A DNA stretch of 64,000 nt, taken from Mustelus asterias (Eukaryota). Under the pieces are notes generated by a model that was not told where the DNA came from, searched no databases, and worked only from the letters and a program-made list of their open reading frames with translations. The stretch lies in NCBI RefSeq assembly GCF_964213995.1, contig NC_135818.1, positions 88,040,001 through 88,104,000 on the forward strand, written 5' to 3'. The translations under genes and the position numbers were made by a program. This document shows positions 46,790-60,978 of this stretch, piece by piece (the stretch's first letter is position 1; each line of letters starts with the position of its first letter).

Positions 46790-47950
46790 CTAAGATGTAG
46801 GAGCAGAAGTAGGCCATTTAGCCCATCGAGTCTGCTGCACCATTCAATTAGATCATGACTGATCTGATCTGACAATTCTCAACTCCACTTTCCTCCTTAT
46901 CCCCATAACCCTTGACTCCATTACTGATTAAAAATCTGTCCATCTCAGATTTCAACACAACAGCCCAGCCTCTACATCCCTCTGTGGTAAATTATTCCAC
47001 AGATTCACTACCCTCGAGAGAAGAAATTCCGCCTCACCTCTGCCTTAAATGGGGCCACCCCCTTACTCTGAGATTATGCCCTCTGGTCCTAGACTCTTCC
47101 ATGCGGAGAAACAACCTCTCAACATCTACCCTGTCAAGCCTCCAGGGAATATTATATGCGTCAAATGTGGTGCCCAGAATTGGACACAGTATTGTAGTTG
47201 AGGCTGAATGACTATTTTAGAAAGCACAGGGGATAGCAGCTCCTCGTCTTGTGAAAGCATTGACTCAAATGTGCCATTGATAGTCATCAGCTGGCTGAAT
47301 GTCCTGTGCCTGATCCCAAAATCCCAAACCACCAATTAATGCAAGACAGGTGGAATATCTTCCAGTGTTTGTTGCATTACACAACGCACCTGTATTTCCG
47401 GGGGAAGATATTGGTGTCATGGTATTGTCACTGGACTAGTAATCCAGAGACCCAGGCTGATGCTCTGGGTCAAGGCAACTAAAGACATAGCCACCAATGG
47501 TGGAGCAGATAAAATGGGAATAAAGAACAAAGAACAAAGAAAATTACAGCACAGGAACAGGCCTTTCGGCCCTCCAAGCCTGCACCGACCATGCTGCCCA
47601 ACTTAACTAAAACCCCCTACCTTTCCGGGGACCATATCCCTCTATTCCCATCCTATTCATGTACTTGTCAAGACACCCCCTTAAAAGTCACTACCGTATC
47701 CGCTTCCACTACCTCCCCCGGCAACGAGTTCCAGGCACCCACTACTTTCTGTGTAAAAAATCTGCCATGTTGAAGATATAAGAACATAAGCACTAGGAGC
47801 AGAAGTAGGCCATCTGGCCCCTCGAGCCTGCTCTGCCATTCAATAAGATCATGGCTGATTTTTTCGTGGACTCAGCTCCACTTACCTGACCACTCACCAT
47901 AACCCTTAATTCCTTTACTGTTCAAAAATTTATCTATCCTTGCCTTAAAA
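46790..47950 (-). mobile_element. Cluster of three CR1 3'-end fragments (46790-47200, 47522-47765, 47775-47948)
   Basis: Reverse-complement CR1 tails (aagaacaaag, aagaacataag) with 3' ORF remnants. Confidence 0.75.
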
Positions 47951-48939
47951 TATTTGGGAGTGTTGTGAGGTTGGAGGAGGATATAGAGATAGGAGAGGGT
48001 GAGACCATGGAAGGGTTTGAAAATAAGGATAAGAGTTTTTTTTAAAATCAAGGTGTTGCTTATTCAAGTGCCAATGTAGGTGAGCGAGCACAAGGAGTTT
48101 GGCTAACTGAGACTTGGTGTGAGCTGGAACATGAATAGGAGAGTTCTGATATCTGTGTTTGGGGCAGTGGGTGTGGGTAAAAAGCATGTGGGTTATTTGC
48201 ATATATTTTCCAAAGAGCATGTTCAAGACACCTGCACTACTTCCAGCTCAAATTAAATCTCATTTTAGCAACATACCCAAAACCTAACCAATCACCACGG
48301 TTACAGGTTGCTCAATGGAGTGTCACTGGGTTAAACATTCCTGACTCACAACAACCTGCCAATCTTAGCCAGGGCAGTGGAATTAAAGTCTAATCATCAA
48401 GTCAAGGGAGAGTGGCCAAGACTTCTCCACCAGGATAACTATACCTCCAAACCTACAGAATCAATCTGGAGAATTCAGGGATGAAAGATTAATCTCCCAG
48501 ACACTCCCACAAATGAACAAATTATTCCAGCTGAGAACAAACTGGTGACTTATTAAGGGTGAACATAACTTCTTTGTTTAATGCCTCTGACCTTTTACAG
48601 TCTGCCCTACTGCCTCCCTAGACAAATATTCACCTACAGAACGTGCAAATCAAATGATATCCAAAGGCAACAACTGGGGCAGTAACAATTCGAGCGACTT
48701 TGTCATCTCCCAAATACTCCATAAGGCACAAGATTCCTCCAAACGCAAGGGTCCAGATGCAACCGTGTAGTGCGGACACCCGTGCTTTATGAGACATCAT
48801 CCAGGAAACTGCAGCCCACTTGATCAGCACCCCATCACCACCTTCAACATTCACTCCCTCCACCACTGACACAGTGGCAACAGTGTGTACCACCTCCAAG
48901 AGGCACTGCAGTAATTCACCAAGGCTCCTCCAACAGCAT

Positions 48940-50090
48940 ATAAAGATGTAAATTCGGAGCAGGAGTAGGCCACTCAGCCCCTCGGGCCTGCTCCACCATT
49001 CAATAAGATCATAGCTGATCTGATTTTAACCTCAACTCCACATTCATAGAAGCATAGAATCCCTACAGTGCAGAAGAGGCCATTCAGCCCATTGAGTCTG
49101 CACTGACTCTCTGACAGAGTATCTTACCCAGGCCCTCTCCCCCATCCTACCACCAGAACCCCACACATTTTACCGTGGCCAATCCACCCAACCTGCACAT
49201 CTTTGGACTGTGGGAGGAAACCGGAGCACCCGGAGGAAACCCACGCAGACACGGGGAGACTGTGCAATCGCCACAGTGATCCAAGATCGGAATTGAACAG
49301 TCCATGGCGCTGAGAGACAGCAGTTCTAACCACTGTGCCATCGTGCCGACCCCCGATAGCCTTTCGCTGTTTTGTTAATCAGGAATCTAACTAGCTCTAC
49401 CTTGAACATATTCAAGGGCTCTGCCTCAACTCTGCCTTTTTGAGGAATAGTGCTCCAAAGACTCGCACCCTCTGAGAGAAAAACTTTTTCCTCAGCGCTG
49501 TTTTAAATGGACAACCTCTTATTTTTAAACAGTGAACTTTAGTTCTAAATTCTCCCACAAGAGGAAACATCCTCTCCACATCCACCCTGTCCAAGATCCC
49601 TCAGGATCATATATGTTTCAATCAATTTGCCTCTTATGTCTCTAAACTCCTGTGGATACAAACCCAGCCTGTCCAACCTTTCCCCATAAAACAAACTGCC
49701 CATTCCAGATATTAATCTGATAAACAATCTCTGAACTGCATCCAATGCATCTGCATCCCTCCTTAAATAAGACCAATACTGCACACAGTACTCCAAATAT
49801 GGTCTCAATAGTGCTCTGTATAACTGAAGCATAACCCCCGGACTTCCGTATTTAATTCCTCTCCCAATAAATGATAACATTCTATTAACTTTCCTAATTA
49901 CTTGCTGTACTTCTATACTAGCCTTTTATGATTCATGCACTAGGACACCCAGAGCCCTGCAATCTCTCCCCATTCAAATAATAGGCTTATTTTTCTCATC
50001 AAAGGCTTTGCTGAAATCCATATAAACTACATCAACTGCACTATCCTCATCCATACACCTGGTCACCTCCCCCAAAAGTTTGCAATCTCT
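48940..50090 (-). mobile_element. CR1 fragment interrupted by a V-SINE (49045-49352)
   Basis: LYRALLRPYLEYCVQYWS; SINE V-domain on the minus strand. Confidence 0.8.
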
Positions 50091-50116
50091 CCTCCGTCAC
50101 AATCTCCCCAGTGCAA

Positions 50117-50897
50117 TGCCAGGGCCCGGTTGCAACGCTCCCTGCGCCAGGGCCCGGTTGCAACGCTCCCTGTGCCAGGGCCCGGTTGCAACGCTCCCTG
50201 TGCCAGGGCCCGGTTGCAACGCTCCCTGTGCCAGGGCCCGGTTGCAACGCTCCCTGCGCCAGGGCCCGGTTGCAACGCTCCCTGCGCCAGGGCCCGGTTG
50301 TAACGCTCCCTGCGCCAGGGCCTGGTTGCAACGCTCCCTGTGCCAGGGCCCGGTTGCAACGCTCCCTGCGCCAGGGCCCGGTTGCAACGCTCCCTGTGCC
50401 AGGGCCTGGTTGCAACGCTCCCTGTGCCAGAACCCGGTTGCAACGCTCCCTGTGCCAGGGCCCGGTTGCAACGCTCCCTTGCCAGGGCCCGGTTGCAACG
50501 CTCCCTGTGCCAGGGCCCGGTTGCAATGCCCCAGTCCCCCAGCTGAATTGCAATCTCTCTCCGGTTGCAATGCCCCTGTCCCCCGGCTGGGGTTGCAATA
50601 TCTCCCCGGTTGTAATGTCCCAGTCCCCGGGCTGGGTTGCTATATCTCCCCGGTTGCAATGTCCCAATCCCCAGGTTGGGTTGCAATATCTCCCCGGTTG
50701 TAATGTCCCAGTCCCCGGGCTGGGTTGCAATATCTCCCGGTTGCAATGCCCCAATCCCCAGGCTGGGTTGCAATCTCTCCCCGGTTGCTGTGCCCCGGTC
50801 CCCGGGCTCCGTTGCAATCTCTCCCCGGTTGCTATGCCCCGGTTCCCGGGCTCCGTTGCAATCTCTCCCCGGTTGCAATGCTCCGGGCTGGGTTGCA
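50117..50897. repeat. GC-rich minisatellite: about 14 x 28-bp units grading into about 8 x 42-44-bp units
   Basis: gccagggcccggttgcaacgctccctgy repeated to about 50527, then a ggttgcaatatctccccggttgtaatgtcccagtccccgggctg-type unit. Confidence 0.95.
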
Positions 50898-50905
50898 GCT
50901 CTTAC

Positions 50906-51070
50906 CCTGGCTGGGTGTAGATGGCTGTCCTGCTGCCGGTGCCTGAGCAAGGGGCTGTGAGCCGGGTTCTGTACCGGGCGGTGTGGGCAGTGGAAGCCGG
51001 GACTCGCTGCTTTTTCCCCGGGACAAGCTGCAGCTTCTGCCGGGCTCGGGGCCTCAGTCACAGGAAATGA
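50906..51070 (-). other. Candidate non-coding 5' exon or alternative promoter of ZBTB1
   Basis: Strong donor CAGG|gtaaga at 50905, CpG-rich, upstream of the acceptor at 46076; 5' boundary unknown. Confidence 0.45.
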
Positions 51071-51431
51071 GCCAGGGTGTCTCCTCCCAGCTCAGCCCAG
51101 TACACAGGCTGCTTCCTCCCACAACTCTCCTCGGATCAGACAACACAGCAAGAGGCCATTTGACCCATTGCCCCTGTGCCAGCTCTTTGTTGGAGCTGGC
51201 CAGTAAATGGCACACTACTCCCCCATAGCCATACAAACTTTTCTCTTCTAATATTGATCTAATTTCCTTTCTGATAATTACCATTGACTCTGCTCCCAAT
51301 GCCCTACATACATTCTCCTGCTTTTTAAAATATATTTTTTAATGTTTTTGCATTATTGATGCAGTTCCTCTCAAAACCAGTCAAGAAGATGCCAGTTTCT
51401 TTCTCTTTCTCTCTCTCCCCTGTCCTGTCGA

Positions 51432-51548
51432 CACTGTAAGAGTTTTAACAACACCAGTTAAAGTCCAACAGGTTTATTTGGTAGCAAATACCATTAGCTT
51501 TTGGAGCGCTGCTCCTTCGTCAGATGGAGTGGAAATCTGCTCTCAAAC
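51432..51548 (-). mobile_element. Penelope-like terminal fragment with a hammerhead variant (51491-51527)
   Basis: CCAU-CUGACGA-A-GGAGC(AGC)GCUCC-AAAA-GC-UA-AUGG; G12 mutated to A. Confidence 0.7.
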
Positions 51549-54049
51549 AGGATACTGGCCAGGATTCCCTGATCTCGTTTGCCCTGCCACCGCTGCCAGC
51601 GAGAATGGAGAATTTGGCGCTCAGCGGGACAGAAGAATCTCAGCCACGGGCGAAGTTGGAGAACTCCGGCCACCAAAGGGGTTTTGGTGGAGTAAATAAT
51701 GATAAACCATTTCCACTGGCAGAGCGATCGATAACCAAGGGCTTTAAAATCATTGAACCAGAGGGAGGATGGAGAGACTTTTTTTGAATCCTCCAAGTTG
51801 TTGTGATTGGGAATGCACTGCCTGGAAAGGGCAGGGGAAGTAGATTCAATGAAAACTTTCAAAATAACTTGTTTTTCTTCTTTATTATTTCATGGGATGT
51901 ATTTGTTTGCCTATCCCTAATTGCCATTGAACTGAGTGGCTTGTTCGGCCATTTCAGAGGGCTTTCAGAGTCAACCACATTGCTGTGGCTCTGGAGTCAC
52001 ATGTAGGCCAGACCGGGTAAGGACGGCAGGTTTCCTTGCCTAAAGGACATTAGTAAACCAGATGGTTTTTACAACAATCGATGACAGTTGTCATGGTCAC
52101 CAATACTGAGACTCGGTTTCAATCCCAGATTTATTAATGGAAATCAAATTCCACCAGCTGCCGTGATGGAATTTGAACCCATTTCTTTACACCCCCAGAC
52201 ATTAGCCTGGGCCTCCGGATTACTACTCTAGTGACATTGCCGCTACCCAACTGTCTCCCCAAATTGCAGGGCTATGGAGAAAGAACAGGGGAATGAGACG
52301 AGTCAGATAATATTATCATTCCAGTCTGATTTCGGAATGAAATGTTCATGTGCTTACAAACATAGAAACACACATACCGACATACAAACATACTCTAGGT
52401 ATGTATACCTAAGTATCCAAAGTGCCACATCACTCACTACTGCACCACAGTCAGTGTATTGAGCTAACAATCTGTCAGTCTGCAGTGTATACTGTGATCT
52501 GAGAAGTACAACGAAGCTCCAGCATTTGCATTTAAATTGTGATTATTTTCAATGTCTCGGAACAACAAGAACTGACACCGGCACAAATGGGCTGAATGGC
52601 CTCCTTCAGTGCCGTATCACGCTATGATTTTCCTGAGAAGACAGTTCCATAGATACTGGTCAAGTGAGGGAATACAGAAGAAAGGGCAGCATCAATCATC
52701 TCTTCTACCACCAATCATTTTGATGAAGCTAGCCTACTCATTTACCCTTGAAATCTTACATAGAAGCTGGAGGAGGCATTCAGCCCCTTCAGCCTATTCC
52801 ATCATTGATTTGTATCTGATCTGTACCACAACTCCACCTTGCTTTATATCGCTGGATACCTTTACTCAACAAAAATGATCAATCTCAGTTTGGAAAGCTC
52901 TGATTGACCCAGAATATTCACACCTTTTCAGAGGAGAGAGTTTCAGAATTCCACTGCCCTTTGTATGAGAAAGTGTTTCCTGAGCTCACCCTGAATGGCC
53001 TGGATTGAATTTTAAAATTCTGCCTCCTTCTTCTGGACACTACCCACCAGAGGGAATAGTTTCTCTGTCTCCATCACATCAAATCCCTTTGTGATTTTCA
53101 AACTCTCCATTAAATCACCCTTCAACCTCATAAGGTCAAGGAAATTAATCCAAGTTACTTCCTTCCCTTTGCTAATATTCAGTTTTCTTTAAACAACTTT
53201 TTCATAGAATCACAGAGTCCTAAAGTGCAGAAGAGGCCCTTTGGCCCATTGAGTCTGCACCGACGCATGAAAGGCCCTGACCTGCCCACCTAATCCCACT
53301 TGCCAGAATTAGGCACATAGTCTTGAATGTTATGGCGTGCCAAGTACTCATCCAGGTACTTTTTAAAGCATGTGAGGCATCTCGCCTCCACCACACTCCC
53401 AGGCAGCGCATTCCAGACCGTCAATTACTGGGAGACACCTCCCTGTGACATCACTCAACCTCCAAAAACAAGTTACATTTATATAACACCTTTAGTCTAA
53501 TAAATCATCGCAATGTACTTCATGAGAGCATTATAAAACACTGAGTCACACGAGGAGATATTAGAGCAGATGATGAAAAGCGATAGCTGTTAAAGGGAGA
53601 GAGAGAGACAGAGGTGGAGAGAGGGAATTTCAGAGCCTAGGGCCCAGGCAGCAGAGGGCACGGCTGCCAATGGTGTGGAGTTTATAACTGGGAATGTGCA
53701 GGAGATATCACTCCCTGTGACATCACTGTCACTGAGATACTCGCTCCCTGTAAGCACAGCAAAGTGTTTCACAAAGTTAACAGAATTGTAGCTCATGAGA
53801 TAGGAGATTCCGTGTTAAACTTGGATATAAAATTTGCTTAAGGTCAGAAAGCAGCTAGTGGTGATAAATGGTTATTTTTCAGGCTGGAGGGGGGTTAGAT
53901 AAGGTTCAGTCCCAGGACCACTGTTTTTCCTGACTTGAGTACTGGAATAAAGAGTAAAATGCCAACATTTCTTGATGATACTAAACTCACAGGTGTGGCA
54001 ATGAGGATGATACAAGTCAACTGTAACTGGACATCAATAGACTAGCTGA

Positions 54050-54520
54050 ATCATAGAATCCCGACAGGGCAGAAGGAGGCCATTCAGCCCATCAAGTCTG
54101 CACCGACTCTCTGACAGGGCATCTTACCCTGGCCATATCCCCTAACCCCACAGATTTACCCCACTAATCCCTCTAACCTACACATCTTGGGACACTAAGG
54201 GGCAATTTAGCATGAACAATTCACATAACCTGCACATCTTTGGACTGGGGAGAAACATGCAAACTCCATACAGACAGTCACCCAAGGCTGAAATTGAACC
54301 TGCAGGTAGAATTTATTACAGAAAACTGTGAGGTGATGCATTTTGACAGAAGGGATTGGAAGAGGCAATATAAACTTAATGGCAAGATTAAAGCAAAATA
54401 CTGTGGATGCTGGAATCGGAAACAAAAACACAAAATCCTGGAAAATCTCAGCAGGTCTTTCAGCATCCGTGGGGAGAGAATAGAGCCAATGTTTCAAGTC
54501 TGGATGACCCTTTGTCACGA
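54050..54520 (-). mobile_element. V-SINE fragment (54050-54300) and Penelope-like terminus (54390-54520) inside an old CR1
   Basis: Matches the SINE tail and the 17150-type terminus; hammerhead core decayed. Confidence 0.6.
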
Positions 54521-57500
54521 GGTGACTGGGAGAGAGGAGGTTAGCTTAAAAATAAAAGGGGCTTGTATACAGTGTGAGAGGGAGGATAGGCAGGTGATGG
54601 AGAAGGGGAGCGCTCAGACCGAAGGGTTGAGATGTGTGTATTTTAACGCAAGGAGTGTAGTGAACAAAATGGATGAGCTTAGAGTGTGGATCACTACTTG
54701 GAAGTGTGATGTGGTGGCCATTACAGAGACTTGGTTATCTCAGGGACAGGACTGGATACTTCAAGTGCCGGGTTTCAGATGTTTCAGGGGGGACAGGGAA
54801 GGAGCAAAAGAGGTGGGGGAGTGGCACTGTTGATCAAGGATAGTGTCACGGCTGTAGAAAAGATGGATGCCACAGAGGGATTGTCTACGGAATCTCTGTG
54901 GGTGGAGGTTCGCAACAGGAAGGGGTCAATAACTTTACTGGGTGTTTTCTATAGGCCGCCCAATAGTAGAACATAGAACATAGAACAGTACAGCACAGAA
55001 CAGGCCCTTCGGCCCACGATGTTGTGCCGAGCTTTATCTGAAACCAAGATCAAGCTATCCCACTCCCTATCATCCTGGTGTGCTCCATGTGCCTATCCAA
55101 TAACCGCTTAATTGTTCCTAAAGTGTCTGACTCCAGTATCACTGCAGGCAGTCCATTCCACACCCCAACCACTCTCTGCGTAAAGAACCTACCTCTGATA
55201 TCCTTCCTATATCTCCCACCACGAACCCTATAGTTATGCTCCCTTGTAATAGCTCCATCTACCCGAGGAAATAGTCTTTGAACGTTCACTCTATCTATCC
55301 CCTTCATCATTTTATAAACCTCTATTAAGTCTCCCCTCAGCCTCCTCCGCTCCAGAGAGAACAGCCCTAGCTCCCTCAACCTTTCCTCATAAGACCTACC
55401 CTCCAAACCAGGCAGCATCCTGGTAAATCTCCTCTGCACTCTTTCCAGCGCTTCCAAATCCTTCTTATAGTGAGGTGACCAGAACTGCACACAATATTCC
55501 AAATGTGGTCTCACCAAGGTCCTGTACAGTTGGAGCATAACCCCACGGCTCTTAAACTCCAACCCCCTGTTAATAAAAGCTAATACACTATAGGCCTTCT
55601 TCACAGTAGCAGGGATGTGGAGGAGCAGATTGGGAAGCAGATCCCGGAGAGATGTGATAATAACAGAGTGGTCGTGATGGGAGATTTTAATTTCCCAAAT
55701 ATCGATTGGAATATCCCTAGGGTAAAGGGTTTAGATGGGGAGGAGTTTGTTAGGTGTGTTCAGGAGGGCTTCCTGACACAGTATGTGGATAAGCCTACAA
55801 GAGGAGAGGCTGTACTTGATTTGGTATTAGGGAATGAACCTGGGCAGGTGTCAGATCTCTCAGTGGGAGAGCATTTTGGGGATAGTGATCATAACTCTAT
55901 CTCCTTTACATTAGCATTGGAGAGAGATAGGATGAGTCAAGCTAGGAAAGTGTTTATTTGGAGTAAGGGCAATTGTGAGGCTATTAGGCAGGAAATTAGA
56001 GGCATAAATTGGAAGGAAGTTTTTTCAGGGAAATGTACAGAAGAAATGTGGCAAATTTTCAAGGAAAATTTGTCTGGAGCTCTGCACAGCAACGTTCCAA
56101 TGAGACAGGGGAGTTATGTTAGGTTACAGGAACCATGGTGCATGAAAGCTGCAACGAACTTAGTCAAGAAGAAAAGAAAAGCCGACAAAAGGTTCAGGGA
56201 GCTGGGTAAGGTTAGAAATCTAGAAGATATACGACTAGTAGGAAGGAACCTAAGAGGGAAATTAGAAAAGCAAGAAGGGGTCATGAGAAGGCCTTGGCAG
56301 ACAGGATAAAGGAAAACCCCAAGGCATTCTACAAGTATGTTAAGAGCAAGAGGATAAGATGTGAAGGAGTAGGACCTATCAAATGTGACGGTGGGAAAGT
56401 CTGTATAGAACCGGTAGAAATGGCAGTGGTACTCAATGAATACTTTGCTTCAGTATTCACAGTGGAAAAGGATCTTGGTAGTTGCAGTGCAGATTTGCAG
56501 TGGACTGAGAAGATTGAGCATGTGGACATTAGGAAAGAGGATGTGTTGGAGCTTTTGAAAAGCATCAAGTTAGATAAATCGCCGGGACCGGATGGGATGT
56601 ACCCCAGGTTACTGTGGGAGGCAAGGGAAGAGATTGCTGAGCCTCTGACGATGATCTTTGCGTCATCAATCAAGACGCGAGAGGTTCTGGAGGATTGGAG
56701 GATTGCGGATGTAGTTCCGTTATTCAAGAAAGGGAGAAGAGATAGCCCGGGAAATTATAGACCAGTGAGTCTAACCTCAGTGGTTGGTAAGTTGATGGAG
56801 AAGATCCTGAGAGGCAGGATTTATGAACATCTGGAGAGGAATAGTATGATCAGAAATAGCCAGCACGGCTTTGTTCAAGGCAGATCATGCCTTACAAGCC
56901 TAATTGAATTTTTTGAAGATGTAATTAGACACATAGACGAGGGAAGAGCGGTCGATGTAGTTTATATGGATTTCAGCAAGGTGTTTGATAAGGTGCCCCA
57001 TGCAAGGCTCATTGAGAAAATGAAGGGGCACGGGATACAAAGGGACATTGCTTTGTGGATTCAGAACTGGCTTGCCCACAGAAGGCAAAGAGTGGTTGTA
57101 GATGGGTCTTTTTCAACATGGAGGTCGGTCACCAGTGGAGTGCCCCTGGGATCTGTTCTGGGACCCTTGCTCTTTGTGATTTTTATAAATGACCTGGATG
57201 AGGAAGTGGAAGGATGGGTTGGCAAGTTTGCTGATGACACAAAGGTTGGTGGGGTTGTGGATAGTGTAGAGGGATGTCAGCAGTTGCAACAAGACATAGA
57301 TAAGATGCAAGACTGGGCGGAGAAGTGGCAGATGGACTTCAACCCAGATAAGTGTGTGGTGGTTCATTTTGGCAGGTCGAATAGGATGAAAGAATATAAT
57401 ATTAAGGGTAAAGGCAGTGTGGAAGATCAGAAGGATCTTGGGGTCCGGATTCATAGGACGCTCAAAGCAGCGTCGCAGGTAGAGGCTGTGGTTAAGAAGG

Positions 57501-58122
57501 CATATGGAATACTGGCCTTCATCAATAGAGGAATTGAGTTTAGAAATCGGGAGATAATGCTGCAGCTGTATAGGACCATGGTCAGACCCCACCTGGAGTA
57601 CTGTGCCCAGTCCTGGTCCCTCATTACAGAAAGGATGTGGAAGCCATAGAAAGGGTGCAGAGGAGATTTACAAGGATGTTGCCTGGATTAGGTGGCATGC
57701 CTTATGAGGACAGGTTGAGAGAGCTAGGTCTTTTCTCCTTGGAGAGGTGAAGGATGAGAGGTGACCAGATAGAGGTGTATAAGATGTTGAGAGGTATTGA
57801 TAGAGTGGATTCTCAGAGGCTTTTACCCAGAACTGAAATGGTTGCCACAAGAGGTCACAGGTTTAGGGTGCTGGGGAGTAGGTACAGAGGAGATGTTAGG
57901 GGTAAGTTTTTCACTCAGAGGGTGGTGGGTGCATGGAATCGGCTGCCGGTAGTGGTGGTGGAGGCAGATTCGATAGGATCTTTTAAGAGAATTTTGGATA
58001 AGTTCATGGAAGTTAGTAAGATAGAGGTTTATAGGTAAGCCTAGTAGGTAGGGACATGTTTGGCGCAACTTGTGGGCCGAAGGGCCTGTTTGTGCTGTTA
58101 CTTTTCTATGTTCTATGTTCTA
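54521..58122 (+). mobile_element. Near full-length CR1 ORF2 with a nested antisense CR1 3' piece (54970-55604)
   Basis: CVYFNARS, VAITETW, GDFN and FADD; agtag duplicated at 54965-54969 and 55605-55609; (ttctatg)n tail. Confidence 0.95.
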
Positions 58123-58569
58123 TCCCAGGACGAGAGGTCATAGTCTTAGGATAAGGGGTAGCAAATTTAAAACAGAGTTGAGGAGAACTACTTCTCCCAA
58201 AGGGTTGTGAATCTGTGGAATTCACTACCCAAAGAGCAGTGGATGTTGGGACAGTGAATAAATTTAAAGAGGAGTAATACAGATTTTTAATTGGTAATGG
58301 GTTGAAGGGTAATGGGGAGAAGGCAGGAAAATGGGGATGAGGAGCATATCAGCCATGATTGAATAGTGGAGCGGACTTGATGGGCCGAATGGCCTAATTC
58401 TGCTCCTGTATCTTATGAACCAATTGGTCTCCCAAAGTGAAGCAGACAGTCGCCTCAGATCCAATGGCAGGAGCTTGCATGTCACAGAATCACAGAATCT
58501 TTACATTGCAGCAGGAGGCCATTTGGCCCATCGAGTCTGCACTGGCTCTCTGAAGGAGCATTCAACCTC

Positions 58570-59320
58570 GTCCCTCCCACGGACCGCAATCAGAAAGGAT
58601 AGTTGTCTTCAGCCCCATACTATACTCCTTGTACATTTATGACTGCGTGGCCAAATTCTGCTCCAACTCCATTTTCAAGCGTGCTGATGACACCACCGTA
58701 GTGGTTCGGATCTCAAACAAAGATGAGATGGAGAACAGGAACGAGATAGAGACTCTGGTGAACTGGTGCGATGACAAAAATCTCTCCCTCAATGTCAGTA
58801 AAATGAAGGAGATAGTCATCAACTTCAGGAAGCGTAGTGGAGGACATGCCCCTATCTCCATCAACGATTATGAAATGGAAATGGTCAAGAGCTTCAAGTT
58901 TCTAGGTGTTCAGATCACCAACAACATGTCGTGGTCCCTCCACACCGATGCTTACATAGAACATAGAACAGTACAGCACAGAACAGTCCACCAATGCCTC
59001 TACTTTCTCAGAAGGCTCAGGAAAATTTGCATGTCCACTACGTCTCCCACCAATTTTTACAGAAGCAACATGGAAAATATCCTTGCCGAATGTATCACAG
59101 CTTGGTATGACTCCTGCTCTGACCAAGACGGCAAGAAACTACAAAACGTTGTGAACGTAGTCCAGTCCATCATACAAACCAGCCTTCCATCCATTGACTG
59201 TCTTGGAAAAGCAGCCAGCATAATTAAGGAACCCACGCACCCCGGGACATACTCTCTTACACTTTCTTCTGTCAGGAAAAAGATACAAAAGTCTGAAAAC
59301 ACGTACTAACTGATTCAAGA
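58570..59320 (+). mobile_element. Rex1/Babar LINE RT fragment
   Basis: YDCVAK...ADDTTVV...NLSLNVSKMKEIVINFRK...FKFLGV...LYFLRRLRK; small CR1-tail insert at about 58953-58986. Confidence 0.8.
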
Positions 59321-59524
59321 ACTTTTAGACAGTTACATGGATAAGATGGGTATAGAGGGGATATGTGCCAAATGCGGGCAATTGGGATTAACTTAGGGGT
59401 TTAAAAAAAAGGCAGCATGGACAAGTTGGGCCAAAGGGCCTGTTTCCATGCTGTAAACCCCTCTGACTCTAAGAACTTGGAAGACAACCAATTTGGAAGA
59501 TAACCCCTCCAATCCAGAAATTAG

Positions 59525-60420
59525 TGGAGTGAACTCTCTGCAGAGAGATTTGGACAGGCTGAGTGAGTGGGCGAGGATATGGCAAATGGAGTATAACGTT
59601 GAGAAATGCGAGGTTATACACTTTGGAGGAAATAATAACAAATGGGATTACTATCTCAATGGAAACAAATTAAAACATGCTACCGTGCAAAGGGACCTGG
59701 GGGTCCTTGTGCATGAGACGCAAAAGCCCAGTCTGCAGGTACAACAGGTGATCAAGAAGGCAAATGGGATGTTGGCCTATATCGCGAGGGGGATAGAATA
59801 TAAAAGCAGGGATGTCTTGATGCACCTGTACAGGGCATTGGTGAGGCCGCAGCTGGAATACTGTGTGCAGTATTGGTCCCCTTATATGAGGAAGGATATA
59901 TTGGCATTGGAGGGAGTGCAGAGAAGGTTCACCAGGTTGATACCGGAGATGAGGGGTTTGGATTATGAGGAGAGGCTGAGGAGATTGGGTTTGTACTCGT
60001 TGGAGTTTAGAAGGATGAGGGGGGATCTTATGGAGACTTATAAGATAATGCGGGGGCTGGATAGGGTGGAGGCGGAGAGATTCTTTCCACTTAGTAAGGA
60101 AGTTAAAACTAGAGGACACAGCCTCAAAATAAAGGGGGGTCGGTTTAAGACAGAGTTGAGGAGGAACTTCTTCTCCCAGAGGGTGGTGAATCTCTGGAAT
60201 TCTCTGCCCACTGAGGTGGTGGAGGCTACCTCGCTGAATATGTTTAAAGCGCGGATGGATGGATTCCTGATCGGTAAGGGAATTAAGGGTTATGGGGATC
60301 AGGCGGGTAAGTGGTACTGATCCACGTCAGATCAGCCATGATCTTATTGAATGGCGGGGCAGGCTCGAGGGGCTAGATGGCCTACTCCTGCTCCTATTTC
60401 TTATGTTCTTATGTTCTTAT
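59525..60420 (+). mobile_element. Young 5'-truncated CR1
   Basis: Open frame LQRDLDRLSEWA...GKWY*; (ttcttatg)n tail. Confidence 0.9.
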
Positions 60421-60667
60421 GAACCTTCTCTGAACAGCTTCTAATGCAATTATATTCTTTCTCAAGTAAGGAGATCAAAACTGTACATGTTGCTCCAGAT
60501 GTGGTCTGAAACCATGGCCTGTAGCCATGTAGAGATTCTAGTTCAAAGGCAGGGATGCACCACAACACCTGCTTGAAAGGGAAATGGATGTACACTTGAG
60601 AGAAACATCACCATTGACCAGAAACTGAACTAATCCAGCCATATAAATCCTGTGACTTAAAGAGCAA

Positions 60668-60978
60668 AGTTTAAAGTTTTTAAACGTTATTCATTTATTA
60701 GTGTCACAAGTGGACTTACATTAACACTGCAATGAAGTTATTGTGTAAATCCCTTAGTCGCCACAATCTGGTGCCTGTTCGGGCACACTGAGGGGCAATT
60801 TAGCATGGCTGAGGCACCTAACCAGCACGTCTTTCGGACTGTGGGAGGAAGCAGGAGCACTCAGAGGAAACCCATCCAGACACAGGGAATACGTGCAGAC
60901 TCCACAGAGTGACCCAAGCTGGGAATCGAACCAGGGTCCCTGGCACTATGAGGCAGCAGTGCTAACCACTGTGTCACC
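60668..60978 (-). mobile_element. V-SINE with Rex-like tail
   Basis: Same tail as 6811-6950 and 30000-30120. Confidence 0.8.

Noticed and set aside
50047-51061. Repetitive ORFs and a CRISPR-like appearance of the 28-bp array
   Set aside because: The units are contiguous with no unique spacers, there are no cas genes and the context is eukaryotic; the ORFs are repeat artefacts.
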